From: Candidatus Berkelbacteria bacterium
GTDB taxonomy: Bacteria > Patescibacteriota > UBA1384 > CAILIB01
Assembly: GCA_043751595.1 (NCBI GenBank)
Contig: JAYUZR010000042.1
Location: forward strand, 270 to 64,269
Length of the DNA: 64,000 bases
Direction of reading: 5' to 3'
In this document: positions 36,385 through 45,591 of the stretch, in pieces
Numbering within the stretch: the stretch's first letter is position 1
How the letters are laid out: the number at the start of each line of letters is the position of its first letter
The notes under the pieces: generated by a model
Told to the model about the DNA's origin: nothing
Database searches by the model: none
What the model saw: the letters and a program-made list of their open reading frames with translations, nothing else
Program-made: the position numbers and the translations under genes

Positions 36385-36696
36385 ATGCGCTGCACCCAAC
36401 ACCTTGCCGAAGTTACCTGCCCCCTCATTAAAGGGGCCGAGCTTTTTGGTGATGTTTGGACTATTCAGATTATTGCCAAGCTCCTCGAGCGCCCGATGCG
36501 CTGGAGCGAACTTGAATTAGCCTTTAATACCGATGAAAACGTGCGCAAGTTAAGCACTCGCACTCTTTCCGATCGCCTGCACACCCTGCAGGAGCGCAAT
36601 ATCCTTAAGGTAGTTGATGAGCAGTACACCCTTATCCAGCCAGAGCTTTTGAGTCCGGTCGTTGCCAGTTTACGGCAAGCTGGTAAGGAAATGTAG
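36385..36696 (+). CDS. HxlR-family winged-helix transcriptional regulator
   Basis: The CPLIKGAELFGDVWTIQIIAKLLERPMRWSEL arrangement is typical of HxlR (DUF24). Confidence 0.65.
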   Translation: MRCTQHLAEVTCPLIKGAELFGDVWTIQIIAKLLERPMRWSELELAFNTDENVRKLSTRTLSDRLHTLQERNILKVVDEQYTLIQPELLSPVVASLRQAGKEM

Positions 36697-36808
36697 CTGA
36701 TTTTTTACTTGTACGAGCCGTTGTAGGTTGACATGTCACCTACTTTCAGGCTATTAGAGGCCAGAACGCATCACTAAATCTCGGTGCGAGAAAAGGGAAA
36801 TAAGAAAC

Positions 36809-37432
36809 TTGAGAAAGCTAAGCTTACTCTTCGCGCTCCTGCTCATGGCAAGCAGCGCCTTCGCGCAGCAGATTCGTACTGCTGCGGCGGCAACCTTCAA
36901 TGGTGCCGCTTTCGTAAACGGGATCGACGTCGCTCGCAACGACTCGACCATTATCTCCGGCCCTGGCTCAACCAACTACATCCTTCTGGATACGGTGCTT
37001 ACCAACGGGATCTCTGATCCTGGTACGCGCACCGTTCTCCTTCAGGGTTTAAAGGTTACCTGGGGCGGCGGCGACGTCTTTACTGCAACCAGCATGTTGA
37101 ATGCCGGTGGCAGTTTGTCCGCATCCGGGGTTACCGTATTTGGAGCTCCGCGAACGCTCCCGGTCTCCGGGTTTGATACCTACACGAGCCCTTCGTTTCC
37201 TGGCATGAGTGTGCTCTTCGGAGCCATCTCAGGCCAGTCGTTCGATGGCATCAGCTATGGAGCAATGCTCCAGATCAACGGACCGGCCGGTATTCCCTAC
37301 CGCGCCAACTACGGGTTGGTAGCGGATTCAGGCCAAACCTTTTCGGGCGGGGGCACTGCTCCTGAGCCTGGAACGCTCGCCCTTCTCACCATCGGCATTG
37401 TCGCCGGCATCTGCCGGAGGAACAGAAAATAA
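36809..37432 (+). CDS. PEP-CTERM sorting-domain secreted protein
   Basis: Signal peptide MRKLSLLFALLLMASSAFAQ. The C terminus APEPGTLALLTIGIVAGICRRNRK has the PEP motif, a TM helix and a basic cluster. The body is Gly/Ser/Thr-rich. Confidence 0.7.
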   Translation: MRKLSLLFALLLMASSAFAQQIRTAAAATFNGAAFVNGIDVARNDSTIISGPGSTNYILLDTVLTNGISDPGTRTVLLQGLKVTWGGGDVFTATSMLNAGGSLSASGVTVFGAPRTLPVSGFDTYTSPSFPGMSVLFGAISGQSFDGISYGAMLQINGPAGIPYRANYGLVADSGQTFSGGGTAPEPGTLALLTIGIVAGICRRNRK

Positions 37433-37579
37433 AAAGAATCGGAGTTAAAACAAAATGCGCTTTCCGCAACTGCAGGAAGCGCATTTTGCGTTCATAGTCA
37501 TTGATAAGGTACTAAATATAAGGCTACTAGAGCCTGTAGCGCCGCAGATACGTCAGGTGCCAGGTTGGGGAGCGTGTTT

Positions 37580-38191
37580 TTATTTAGCAGAAACCCCTAC
37601 CCTCGTAGCTGAACGATACAACTCTTCAATCAACCTCTCACGGTCCCAAAGCTCAACCTGATTCACCCGCGCAAGCTCGATTGCCGCAGGATAGAAGTAA
37701 TTATTAGTAATTACCATTGCCCGCACCGCACCATACTTTGCTTTAGCCGCTACCGCCTGGCGTACCGCATCCTGATCCAGCTTAGATGAATACCGCTTAA
37801 GCTGCGCAACTGTCCCAACTTCATCCTTTACCAAAACTAAATCTGCACCATAATCTTTTGTCGCTGGAGTAGTCTGCACCTTGTAGCCATTCATCTTAAA
37901 GTGCAGCGCCATTCGGCGCTCAAAATCTACCCCACTCATGAGGTCGATTTCGGTGATGCCAGCCAATAGTAGGCGCTGATCCGCCAGGTATTGGCGATAA
38001 AGAACTACCGATACATAGATTCCAACTAGAGCAAAAGAGCCCAAAATGAGGAGGAACCGATACTCCCAACCCAGTCCAAACAACACAACCATAAAAACAA
38101 CGATTCCCATAAAAAGCGGATCATCCAGCATGCTAACCTGACGGGTGCGCCGGGTTTTGCGTGGAGCATAGGTGCGCTTGCGGTACGCCAT
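37580..38191 (-). CDS. membrane-anchored Mrr-like (PD-(D/E)xK) restriction endonuclease domain protein
   Basis: The start is set at MAYRKRTYAPRK (ATG at 38191; the track ORF extends to 38326). One TM helix is followed by a Mrr_cat-like core GADLVLVKDE...VAQLKRYS. Confidence 0.5.
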   Translation of the reverse strand: MAYRKRTYAPRKTRRTRQVSMLDDPLFMGIVVFMVVLFGLGWEYRFLLILGSFALVGIYVSVVLYRQYLADQRLLLAGITEIDLMSGVDFERRMALHFKMNGYKVQTTPATKDYGADLVLVKDEVGTVAQLKRYSSKLDQDAVRQAVAAKAKYGAVRAMVITNNYFYPAAIELARVNQVELWDRERLIEELYRSATRVGVSAK

Positions 38192-38353
38192 ATATTTTCT
38201 AGCTTTCCATCCGGTACCCAATCCACATACCAAGTACCCCGCCGGCCAAGGTTCCAAAGATGGCCCACCCAGAGAATATCCCGGCCCCAAACAAGCTAGG
38301 GATATAGCCGCCAATACCCGACCCAACTACCATGCCAAGCCAGGTTACCGATT

Positions 38354-38782
38354 TCATTTGGCAGGTTTTACCTGAGCAAGTTCTTCGAGAGTCTCGCGGA
38401 TAAACGCCAAGAACGCAGCCGGCAAATAGGCACTCTTCAAAATATACTTCGTGGCCCCGGCCGCAAGCGCTACTTTTTCGTGGTCACCATCGGCAAAGTT
38501 ACTAGAAACTACCACCGGAATATCAGCAAGCTTTGGCTGAGAACGCATTTTTTTAAGGACATCGACTCCGCTCATTTCGGGCATCATCATATCGAGCACC
38601 ACAAGATCGGGGCGAAGCTTCTTTAGAGTAGCCAGCGCCGCCTTACCCGAACTTACATGCGTTACCTCAATCCCACCATTGGTAAGAATGGCCTTGTAGA
38701 GATCGGACATAAGAGGATCGTCCTCAACCAGTAAAACGTGGGACATGCGCAAAAGATTAGCCGGAAGATCGGTCTCCATCAT
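38354..38782 (-). CDS. single-domain response regulator (CheY-like receiver only)
   Basis: Receiver motifs HVLLVEDD, LVVLDMMMPEMSG and the conserved Lys region. There is no output domain. Confidence 0.8.
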   Translation of the reverse strand: MMETDLPANLLRMSHVLLVEDDPLMSDLYKAILTNGGIEVTHVSSGKAALATLKKLRPDLVVLDMMMPEMSGVDVLKKMRSQPKLADIPVVVSSNFADGDHEKVALAAGATKYILKSAYLPAAFLAFIRETLEELAQVKPAK

Positions 38783-38795
38783 AGGCTACTTCATG

Positions 38796-41168
38796 TTACC
38801 TGCCAATTGGCAGGGTAAAGACAAAGGTTGAGCCCTCGCCCTTTACTGATTCTTCAAGGTAGAGTGTACCGCCCATTCCCTCCGCCATTAGGCGCGAAAT
38901 ATAGAGCCCAAGCCCAGTTCCGTGCGAAGCATCGCGGGCGGTAATGCTACTGCCAGCCTGCTGAAACTTTCGAAACAGCAGTGACTGATTCTTAGGATCA
39001 ATCCCCTTGCCTGTATCATGCACGCTAATTTTAAGCTGTTTTTCTTCCTCTTCTACACTGACAATAATCGAGCCACCATCGGTAAACTTAATGGCATTTC
39101 CAATTAAGTTGATGAGAACCTCGCGGATTCTATCGGCATCACCCTCAACCTTAGGCAAACGGTGATGCGGCAGATGCACGATAAGCTTAAGCTTTTTCTT
39201 AGTCGCTAATACCTTAATCTCGTGGACCACATCTTTAAGTAAGGCAACCGCATCTAGTGGTTCGTGCAAAAACTCGAGACGACCCTGCTCGAGGCGAGAC
39301 ATATTAAGGAAGTCGTTTACCACTCGAAGCAGACGCGTGCCGCCCTCCACGATTCCGGCGGTAAGCTTGTTAAACCCGGGGTCTTTAATCTTGTCGCCAT
39401 ACACTGCCTGGAGGAGCGCGGCGTAGCCGTTCATGGCAGTAAGTGGTGTACGCATCTCGTGCGAAGCAATCGAGAAGAACTCTTCACGAGCCCGTTCAAG
39501 CGCCTTACTCTCGGTGGCATCTTGCACCAAAATTACTACTCCAATTACTTCATCGGCCAATACAATTGGGGTTGGATAAATCTGTAAGTAGGTAGTATCT
39601 ACCAATACCTCTTGCATCGCCTGACTCGGCCCCGGCGCCATACAGTCTTTAACCATTTGCGCCAAGTTTACCCCTCCCAGGGCATGAGAAAGGGTTGCCA
39701 GAGATTTACTTGGCCGGTGGTGCAACTTCTTTAAGAGGTGCTCCATGGCGTGGTTAAGCAGCACGATCGAGAAATTAGCATCGACCATTACAAAGCCCAT
39801 TCCCAGACCATTAATAGACGCCAAAAGTTGCGCCTGTTTTTCTTGTACTTCGCGAGTACGGTCTTCTACCTTATGCTCTACTCCCTCTTTTTCATGCTGC
39901 AGCTGATTACTAAGATCGGCCAGTAGGTGATTCTTCTCTTCAATTTGGTGCACTTTCTCGTTAAGCGAGATGAGCGAGCCTTCTAGTTTGGTAATATCGC
40001 TGGCCACCAAAATATAGCCTTCAATCTCTCCCCGCTCATCGGTTACCCGGGTAGCCGAGATGCTAACAGGAACCTCGCGCCCACCCTGTGTAAGCACCAA
40101 ACTACGCTCGATATACGCAAAGCGCTGAGAAGTAAGCGGCTTAAGCAAACCCTTTTTTAGGTGATCAAAGTCAGTGCCAAAAAAGCGCTCAAGCGACATT
40201 CCGGCAAGCTCTTCTCCGGGTAGTAATAATAGCTCGTGCGCCCGCAAATTGGCGTACTCTACCGAAAAGCTTGGATTTACCACCAATACCGCTTCTTCCA
40301 TCGTCTCCAAAATGGTGCCAGAAACCGTGGCCGGATTATAAATAAGCAAACCAAAACGGCGAATTGCGTAACTAAATACCAGCGCCATTACCGAAGTAAG
40401 GGTAACCGCCAGTGGGTAAAAGTTAATGTTAAAAATAGGAAGAATGGCATCAGTGGCGCTCCCAACAAAGAACGGAATCGAGAGAGCAATTGAGAAGTAG
40501 AGTGCCTGATATTTATCGGTTGCCCGCTTGGCGCTGCGGTAGCGCTGGACCATCAAAACAATAGAAAGCAGATAGAGCGATTCAAACCAGACAATAAAAA
40601 TAGGAAAATACTTCTCTACCCCACTATTAAATCCCCAACTCTGGATATCGAGCTGAGATTGGGTAAACGGAATAAAGGCATCGGTTGAAAGATTCAGGTA
40701 GAGGATTCCAAGCGTAGAAACTAAAAGAAAATAAAAAAGATGCGAGTTCTTAAGCCAATCATCTTTACGCAGATAGGTAAGACAAAAGATAAAGATGGAG
40801 ACTGGCAGGATTACCCACCCCACCGAGGCAAGTGTACTCCAAAAGAGGGCCCCTTCGCGGGTAAGGCTTAGGCGCTGGAGTGACTCACCGAATGACCAAA
40901 CGGTAAGAGTAAAAAGGAAAATATTAAACCAATACGAGGCTGCTGTTTTTGTTTTTAACCGGCTCATGTACACCAACAACGCACAATTGCTTACCAACGA
41001 AATAAGCGAGGCAACCGCGTACGGGTTGAACCTGAAATCGAGAATAGTAGGACGAACTCCGTAGGAAGCAAAAAGCAGCGCCCCCATAAACAGTGGCACG
41101 GCGAAGTACGGAAGTACTTTTTTAGCAAGTTTTAGAACGATGGTGCCCCTCCTGTCATACCTCTGCAT
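38796..41168 (-). CDS. multi-TM (7TMR-DISM-like) PAS-containing sensor histidine kinase
   Basis: The N-terminal roughly 300 aa contains 7 or more TM helices. It is followed by PAS-like regions with coiled coil, an H-box SHEMRTPLTAMNGYA, and HATPase_c (LINLIGNAIKFTD, GTGLGLYISR). The start probably lies at an internal Met (41168) rather than 41228, which would overlap the PIN gene. Confidence 0.8.
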   Translation of the reverse strand: MQRYDRRGTIVLKLAKKVLPYFAVPLFMGALLFASYGVRPTILDFRFNPYAVASLISLVSNCALLVYMSRLKTKTAASYWFNIFLFTLTVWSFGESLQRLSLTREGALFWSTLASVGWVILPVSIFIFCLTYLRKDDWLKNSHLFYFLLVSTLGILYLNLSTDAFIPFTQSQLDIQSWGFNSGVEKYFPIFIVWFESLYLLSIVLMVQRYRSAKRATDKYQALYFSIALSIPFFVGSATDAILPIFNINFYPLAVTLTSVMALVFSYAIRRFGLLIYNPATVSGTILETMEEAVLVVNPSFSVEYANLRAHELLLLPGEELAGMSLERFFGTDFDHLKKGLLKPLTSQRFAYIERSLVLTQGGREVPVSISATRVTDERGEIEGYILVASDITKLEGSLISLNEKVHQIEEKNHLLADLSNQLQHEKEGVEHKVEDRTREVQEKQAQLLASINGLGMGFVMVDANFSIVLLNHAMEHLLKKLHHRPSKSLATLSHALGGVNLAQMVKDCMAPGPSQAMQEVLVDTTYLQIYPTPIVLADEVIGVVILVQDATESKALERAREEFFSIASHEMRTPLTAMNGYAALLQAVYGDKIKDPGFNKLTAGIVEGGTRLLRVVNDFLNMSRLEQGRLEFLHEPLDAVALLKDVVHEIKVLATKKKLKLIVHLPHHRLPKVEGDADRIREVLINLIGNAIKFTDGGSIIVSVEEEEKQLKISVHDTGKGIDPKNQSLLFRKFQQAGSSITARDASHGTGLGLYISRLMAEGMGGTLYLEESVKGEGSTFVFTLPIGR

Positions 41169-41199
41169 GGTACCTGATTTTGAGGTAACAAGCACTTTG

Positions 41200-41604
41200 T
41201 TATTTGAGGAGAAGGGTATTTGAACCAAGGGAAGCCGCTAGCGCATCGAAGGTTACAAACGTAAGGCGATAGTACTGGGCGAGTTTAATAAGATACCAAT
41301 CAGTGAGATGCTTACTGGGGATATCAGGAATACCTGTAGTGCCGAGTGGCTCGAGATTTGATTGTAGAACAAGTTGATACTGGCTTTCTTGCAGTGTACG
41401 AATGAGCTTATATGCATCAGCCACACCACCCAAAAACTCCTTATAAGTAGGTTGCGCCATAATGCGTACTGCACCTAAAAATGTAACCGAAGTAAGTGAC
41501 CAACCAAAAGATGAATGAACTGCATACCAAGATGTAGCCGACCTATGGTGAATGTGAGTTGGTGAAAGGAGTGCCAATAAGACATTTACATCCAGAAGGT
41601 ACAT
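41200..41604 (-). CDS. PIN-domain toxin (VapC-like)
   Basis: N-terminal MYLLDVNVLLAL with the conserved Asp, at 134 aa. It is immediately preceded by a small gene 4 nt upstream, a typical TA layout. Confidence 0.65.
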   Translation of the reverse strand: MYLLDVNVLLALLSPTHIHHRSATSWYAVHSSFGWSLTSVTFLGAVRIMAQPTYKEFLGGVADAYKLIRTLQESQYQLVLQSNLEPLGTTGIPDIPSKHLTDWYLIKLAQYYRLTFVTFDALAASLGSNTLLLK

Positions 41605-41607
41605 AAC

Positions 41608-41871
41608 TTAAGCACCTAGCTGTTCTTTAAGACGTTGAATCTCTTCTGGAGTGGTTGCAACTCCAGTGTACTTCAACTCTGGTAAGCCTAGTTCGTTTAT
41701 GCGGAAGTATTCATTTATGTTGTCGTGGCGGTGCCTTCGCTCTAGAGGGGATTCACTCAAGTAAAGCGCGCACGCCTTCTCTAAAAGAACATCAAATGAA
41801 ACATTCTCCTCAAGCGCCCTAAGCTTTAGTTTGTGAGAGACCACATCGGGAATCTGAAAAGTGTGTTTCAT
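41608..41871 (-). CDS. putative antitoxin partner of the PIN toxin
   Basis: An 87-aa ORF directly upstream of the PIN gene with a 3-nt gap. The N-terminal region could form a DNA-binding fold. Confidence 0.45.
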   Translation of the reverse strand: MKHTFQIPDVVSHKLKLRALEENVSFDVLLEKACALYLSESPLERRHRHDNINEYFRINELGLPELKYTGVATTPEEIQRLKEQLGA

Positions 41872-41912
41872 GCCCGCATCGTATTGATCGCTCCATTACA
41901 TGTAAAGTCACC

Positions 41913-41942
41913 AAAAAGCCCCGGAAAAACCGGGGCTTTTTA
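41913..41942. terminator. bidirectional rho-independent terminator
   Basis: aaaaagccccgg aaaaa ccggggcttttta. Confidence 0.75.
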
Positions 41943-41959
41943 TCTGACCGAGAAGCGTG

Positions 41960-43252
41960 TTATTCGTAACGTAAAGCCTCGATAGGATCTTTCTTAGCTG
42001 CATTGATGGCCGGAATCGTCCCAGAAAGAAAGGCAATAAACATAATACCGGCCGCAATCAGAAGCTGGCTTCCATAAGGGAAAATAAGAAGAGTAAGACC
42101 TTCAATATCTTTAAGAAACGTCTGCTGGGCAACCGTATTAATTACTTGACCAGCAATACGAGCAAACCCAATACCGAGTAAGCTTCCCCAGAAACCAAGC
42201 AGAACGGCTTCAATACTGAAGAGTGAGAAAATGGTGCCGCGACCAAGTCCGAGGGCTTTCATCAACCCAATTTCTTTAGTGCGCTCCTGCACGCTCATCA
42301 GCAAGGTATTTACGATACCAAAGGCCGCAGCAAGTAAGGCAATGATTCCAAAGCCATTAAGTACCGTGGTAACAGCCGTTACTGCGCTAAAGATAATTTG
42401 AGACTGCTGCTTGATAGTCTTTGCCTCGTACCCATCGGCTAGCAGACTATCTTGCAGGGTTTTAAGCTGCGAATCCGTTAGGTCTTTATCGAACTCAGCA
42501 AAGAAAGCCGAGTATTGCTCAAGTTGAGCCTTAGGCAGCCCCTCTGTTTGGAAGGAATACATAGCATCAAACTCGGGAATACTGATAAACCCAGTAGCTG
42601 AGCCGATAAGACTTTTCTCTTGGAGCCCTACTACTTTTGCCGTGTAAGCCTTTGTCTCGCCCTTAGCATTGGTAAGTTGGAAGGTAACTTTTTTATCGAG
42701 CAAATCCTCTGGCTTATCGAAGCCAAACCCCTTGGCATATACCTTAGGTAAGGCAACTTCGGGCTCTGTAGCGTCTTGACTAACCAAGCGCCCAGCAACA
42801 AGATCGGTGGTAATGCCGCTGGCGCGACTAAGATCTACCTGGTATTTATCTGCGACTCCTTCTAGTTGGACAAAATCGAGGCTCAAATTGCGAACGGCAC
42901 GTACATTTTGCAGATCGGTTCGCTCTTTGAGCTTATCGAGGTCTTTTTGTACCAGAAGTACTGAACTACTTGGGCCTTGCCCACGAACATCGTTCTTTTT
43001 GCGGTCAGGGTTGTACTTAACAGGCAAGCTAGAATCTTGCGATGCATCGGGTTTAGGGACAATACCGAGGGTGTTTTCTGCGCCTAAATTACCAAGTTGG
43101 CTACTTAGGTAGTTTTGAATACCAAGCCCAGCTGCATTGGTAAGACTAAGCGTAAACGCACCAATAAAGATCGCGATTACGGTAAGAGAACTGCGCGATT
43201 TATTGCGCACCATATTGGCGCTGGCGGTTTGAAGAATATCAAGTAATTTCAT
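41960..43252 (-). CDS. FtsX-like ABC transporter permease (MacB-type, 4 TM plus large periplasmic domain)
   Basis: N-terminal TM helix, a periplasmic domain of about 250 aa, and a C-terminal FtsX 3-TM bundle. Confidence 0.85.
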   Translation of the reverse strand: MKLLDILQTASANMVRNKSRSSLTVIAIFIGAFTLSLTNAAGLGIQNYLSSQLGNLGAENTLGIVPKPDASQDSSLPVKYNPDRKKNDVRGQGPSSSVLLVQKDLDKLKERTDLQNVRAVRNLSLDFVQLEGVADKYQVDLSRASGITTDLVAGRLVSQDATEPEVALPKVYAKGFGFDKPEDLLDKKVTFQLTNAKGETKAYTAKVVGLQEKSLIGSATGFISIPEFDAMYSFQTEGLPKAQLEQYSAFFAEFDKDLTDSQLKTLQDSLLADGYEAKTIKQQSQIIFSAVTAVTTVLNGFGIIALLAAAFGIVNTLLMSVQERTKEIGLMKALGLGRGTIFSLFSIEAVLLGFWGSLLGIGFARIAGQVINTVAQQTFLKDIEGLTLLIFPYGSQLLIAAGIMFIAFLSGTIPAINAAKKDPIEALRYE

Positions 43253-43260
43253 AGGAGAAG

Positions 43261-43941
43261 TTAGACGAGACGTCCGTCTTTAATCTGAATCTTGCGCCCA
43301 CAACGCTTAGCAAGATCTTCGTCGTGAGTAACCACAATTAAGGTAATCCCCTGCTCTTTGTTTAGATCAAAAAGGAGTTGAACAATTTTCTCGCCGGTGG
43401 CGCTATCGAGGTTTCCGGTTGGCTCATCGGCAAAAATAATATCGGGCTTGTTTACCAAGGCACGAGCGATACAAACGCGCTGCTTTTGGCCACCACTTAA
43501 GTTATTTGCCTTTTGGTGCGCCTTATCTTCAAGCTCTACATCTTTTAGGGCCTGCATTGCTCGCTTAATGCGTTGCGCGCGCGGAACACCTGCAATTTTA
43601 AGCGGCAGCATTATGTTATTAAGCACGGTATCATCCGCATTTAAGAAAAATTGCTGGAAGACAAACCCAAAGGTTTCGCTACGTAAAGAATCGAGTGCCT
43701 TACCCTTAAAGCTACCGGCAGACTTTCCGTTAATAAGCACCTTGCCAAAGGTTGGTGTGTCGAGCAGGGCCAAGATGTGCATGAGGGTGGTTTTCCCCGA
43801 GCCACTCTTACCCACCACCGCTACGCTCTCGCCTTTTTGGATGGCGATATCAATATCTTGAAGTGCTGGAACGGCGGTTTCACCCTTTCCGTAGACCCTC
43901 CCTAAGCCTTCAGTTGCAAGTACAGGTACAGCTGGTGTCAT
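43261..43941 (-). CDS. ABC transporter ATP-binding protein (MacB/LolD-like)
   Basis: The start is set at ATG 43941 (MTPAVPVL). Walker A GKSGSGKTTL, signature LSGGQKQRV, and Walker B IIFADEPTGNLD. Confidence 0.85.
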   Translation of the reverse strand: MTPAVPVLATEGLGRVYGKGETAVPALQDIDIAIQKGESVAVVGKSGSGKTTLMHILALLDTPTFGKVLINGKSAGSFKGKALDSLRSETFGFVFQQFFLNADDTVLNNIMLPLKIAGVPRAQRIKRAMQALKDVELEDKAHQKANNLSGGQKQRVCIARALVNKPDIIFADEPTGNLDSATGEKIVQLLFDLNKEQGITLIVVTHDEDLAKRCGRKIQIKDGRLV

Positions 43942-43942
43942 A

Positions 43943-44179
43943 TTATGGTGTAGTTTGATCAAGAAATGCGAGGGCTGCGCTCTGCATTTGGCGAGCGTGC
44001 TCCTCAAAGGTATCAGGCTTAGCAACCACAAGTGCATCGCCACCCGGAGCTAAGAATACAAGAAGTTTATCACCGGCTTCAAGCTTAAGCTCGGTACGGC
44101 CATCGGTTGGAATAACTATCTGACCACGCTCACCCAAGGTGACGGTGCCCAGTAGTTTTGGTTTGGGAAAAGGGAACAT
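43943..44179 (-). CDS. AbrB/MazE/SpoVT-family small DNA-binding protein
   Basis: 78 aa with a swapped-hairpin AbrB-type core GTVTLGERGQIVIPTDGRTELKLEAGDKLLVF. Its stop (TAA) is 1 nt from the ABC ATPase ATG. Confidence 0.5.
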   Translation of the reverse strand: MFPFPKPKLLGTVTLGERGQIVIPTDGRTELKLEAGDKLLVFLAPGGDALVVAKPDTFEEHARQMQSAALAFLDQTTP

Positions 44180-44233
44180 ACAAGCACCGTATCATACTTT
44201 ACATACTTTGCATATTAATCATATTTATCCCTT

Positions 44234-44848
44234 TCAGAGCAGTAATTGGTGGATCAGCCCCCAATACGAATACACGATATAGATAAAAAGGATGGTGACT
44301 GCCGGGAAAACAATAAGATTTTCAAACCACTTTCCGGTAATAATACGCAGCCCTTGAAAAGGATGTGGCGGAATCCCAAACATGTGCTGCATTGGGAAGA
44401 AAAGTGGGACACCTTCTACCGTAACCATGTCGGCCACTAAGTGGCTCAGATAGGCCGCCATCGAAACCCTAGTAAGTAGGAAGATATCGAGCCCCCACTG
44501 AGCTGGAACTTTTGCACCTAGCCAGGTGAGCAGCCACCATACCAGGCCAGCACCCAGCAAGGAGTGGGTAAGATTGCGGTGACTTAATAACGAGCCAGAG
44601 ATTTTGCCCAAGTATTTTCCAGCTGGAATCCCTCGCCAAAAATCGCAGAGCGGTTGATCGACATCGGGTAAAAGGGCTAAAAAGTGCGAGAGCATCAGCA
44701 CCGCAAATACCATGGCCGGCTGATAGCCGACCGGATTGCTAAGCAAGTACACAGTAAAGCCAGTGGTGAGACCGATAAGTTGATGGGTGCGTCCGAGCAT
44801 TATGAAGCTAGTATACACCGAGAGATTCACCCTTCCGACTACTGACAA
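44234..44848 (-). CDS. membrane-bound metal-dependent hydrolase (DUF457 / YdjM-like)
   Basis: 204 aa and mostly TM, with conserved His/Asp residues (NLTHSLLGAG, SHLVADMVT). Confidence 0.5.
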   Translation of the reverse strand: MSVVGRVNLSVYTSFIMLGRTHQLIGLTTGFTVYLLSNPVGYQPAMVFAVLMLSHFLALLPDVDQPLCDFWRGIPAGKYLGKISGSLLSHRNLTHSLLGAGLVWWLLTWLGAKVPAQWGLDIFLLTRVSMAAYLSHLVADMVTVEGVPLFFPMQHMFGIPPHPFQGLRIITGKWFENLIVFPAVTILFIYIVYSYWGLIHQLLL

Positions 44849-44901
44849 AGAATGAAACTTGTGTTAGATTTTTGCGTGCCCATATGGGTATAGGAGAAAA
44901 T

Positions 44902-45546
44902 ATGAGTGGAAGGATAATCCTGATTCGCCACGGCGAGTCAGAGTGGAACGAAGCCGGCCTATTTGCCGGGATTACGGATATTGCCCTCACCTCCAAAGGA
45001 GAGGATGAAGCGCGACAAACCGCCGAGCTACTCTGCGAGCATGACGTAACGGTAGATACTGCTTTCTCGTCTCGATTAGTGCGCGCAGCGCGCACGCTAG
45101 AGATCATTGGTCAGAAAGTGCCAATCCAGCAAAAACATTATCACGCAGAGTTGCGCGAACGAGACTATGCCCAGTTTACCGGCATGAATAAAGCCGGAGT
45201 TAAAGCAATACATGGCGATCGCGCCTATAAGACCCTGCGGCGCGGTTGGGATACCCGGGTTGGGGACGCAGAAACAGGTAAGGAAGTGTACGACCGAACG
45301 ATGAGCTGGTTTGAGGCCCACGCACTTCCTCTCCTTCGCGAGGGTCAGACGGTGTTAGTGGTTTCGCACCACAACCCACTCCGCTCACTAACGGCTCACC
45401 TACAAGGAAATACTCCCGAGGAGCTAGCCGAGATCGAATTAGGAACCGCCGAGGCTCATGTGCATAAGATCGACTTTTCGGAGAGCAGACTCTCCAGAGA
45501 AGTCATTAAGCTTGGTGGAAACGCCAAGTACGGCAAAAGGGCGTAA
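44902..45546 (+). CDS. histidine phosphatase superfamily protein (dPGM-like phosphoglycerate mutase family)
   Basis: The start is at ATG 44902, after the SD-like aggag. Catalytic RHGESEWN motif and downstream His. Confidence 0.7.
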   Translation: MSGRIILIRHGESEWNEAGLFAGITDIALTSKGEDEARQTAELLCEHDVTVDTAFSSRLVRAARTLEIIGQKVPIQQKHYHAELRERDYAQFTGMNKAGVKAIHGDRAYKTLRRGWDTRVGDAETGKEVYDRTMSWFEAHALPLLREGQTVLVVSHHNPLRSLTAHLQGNTPEELAEIELGTAEAHVHKIDFSESRLSREVIKLGGNAKYGKRA

Positions 45547-45591
45547 AAGAAAAGCCCCGCTCACTGGTAAGTGAACGGGGCTGATCTGTAC

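Noticed and set aside
41200-41228. 29-nt same-strand overlap between the PIN gene and the HK ORF start in the track
   Set aside because: The track's HK start (41228) is probably too far upstream. An internal Met at 41168 gives a non-overlapping, more plausible start, so the overlap is not treated as real.
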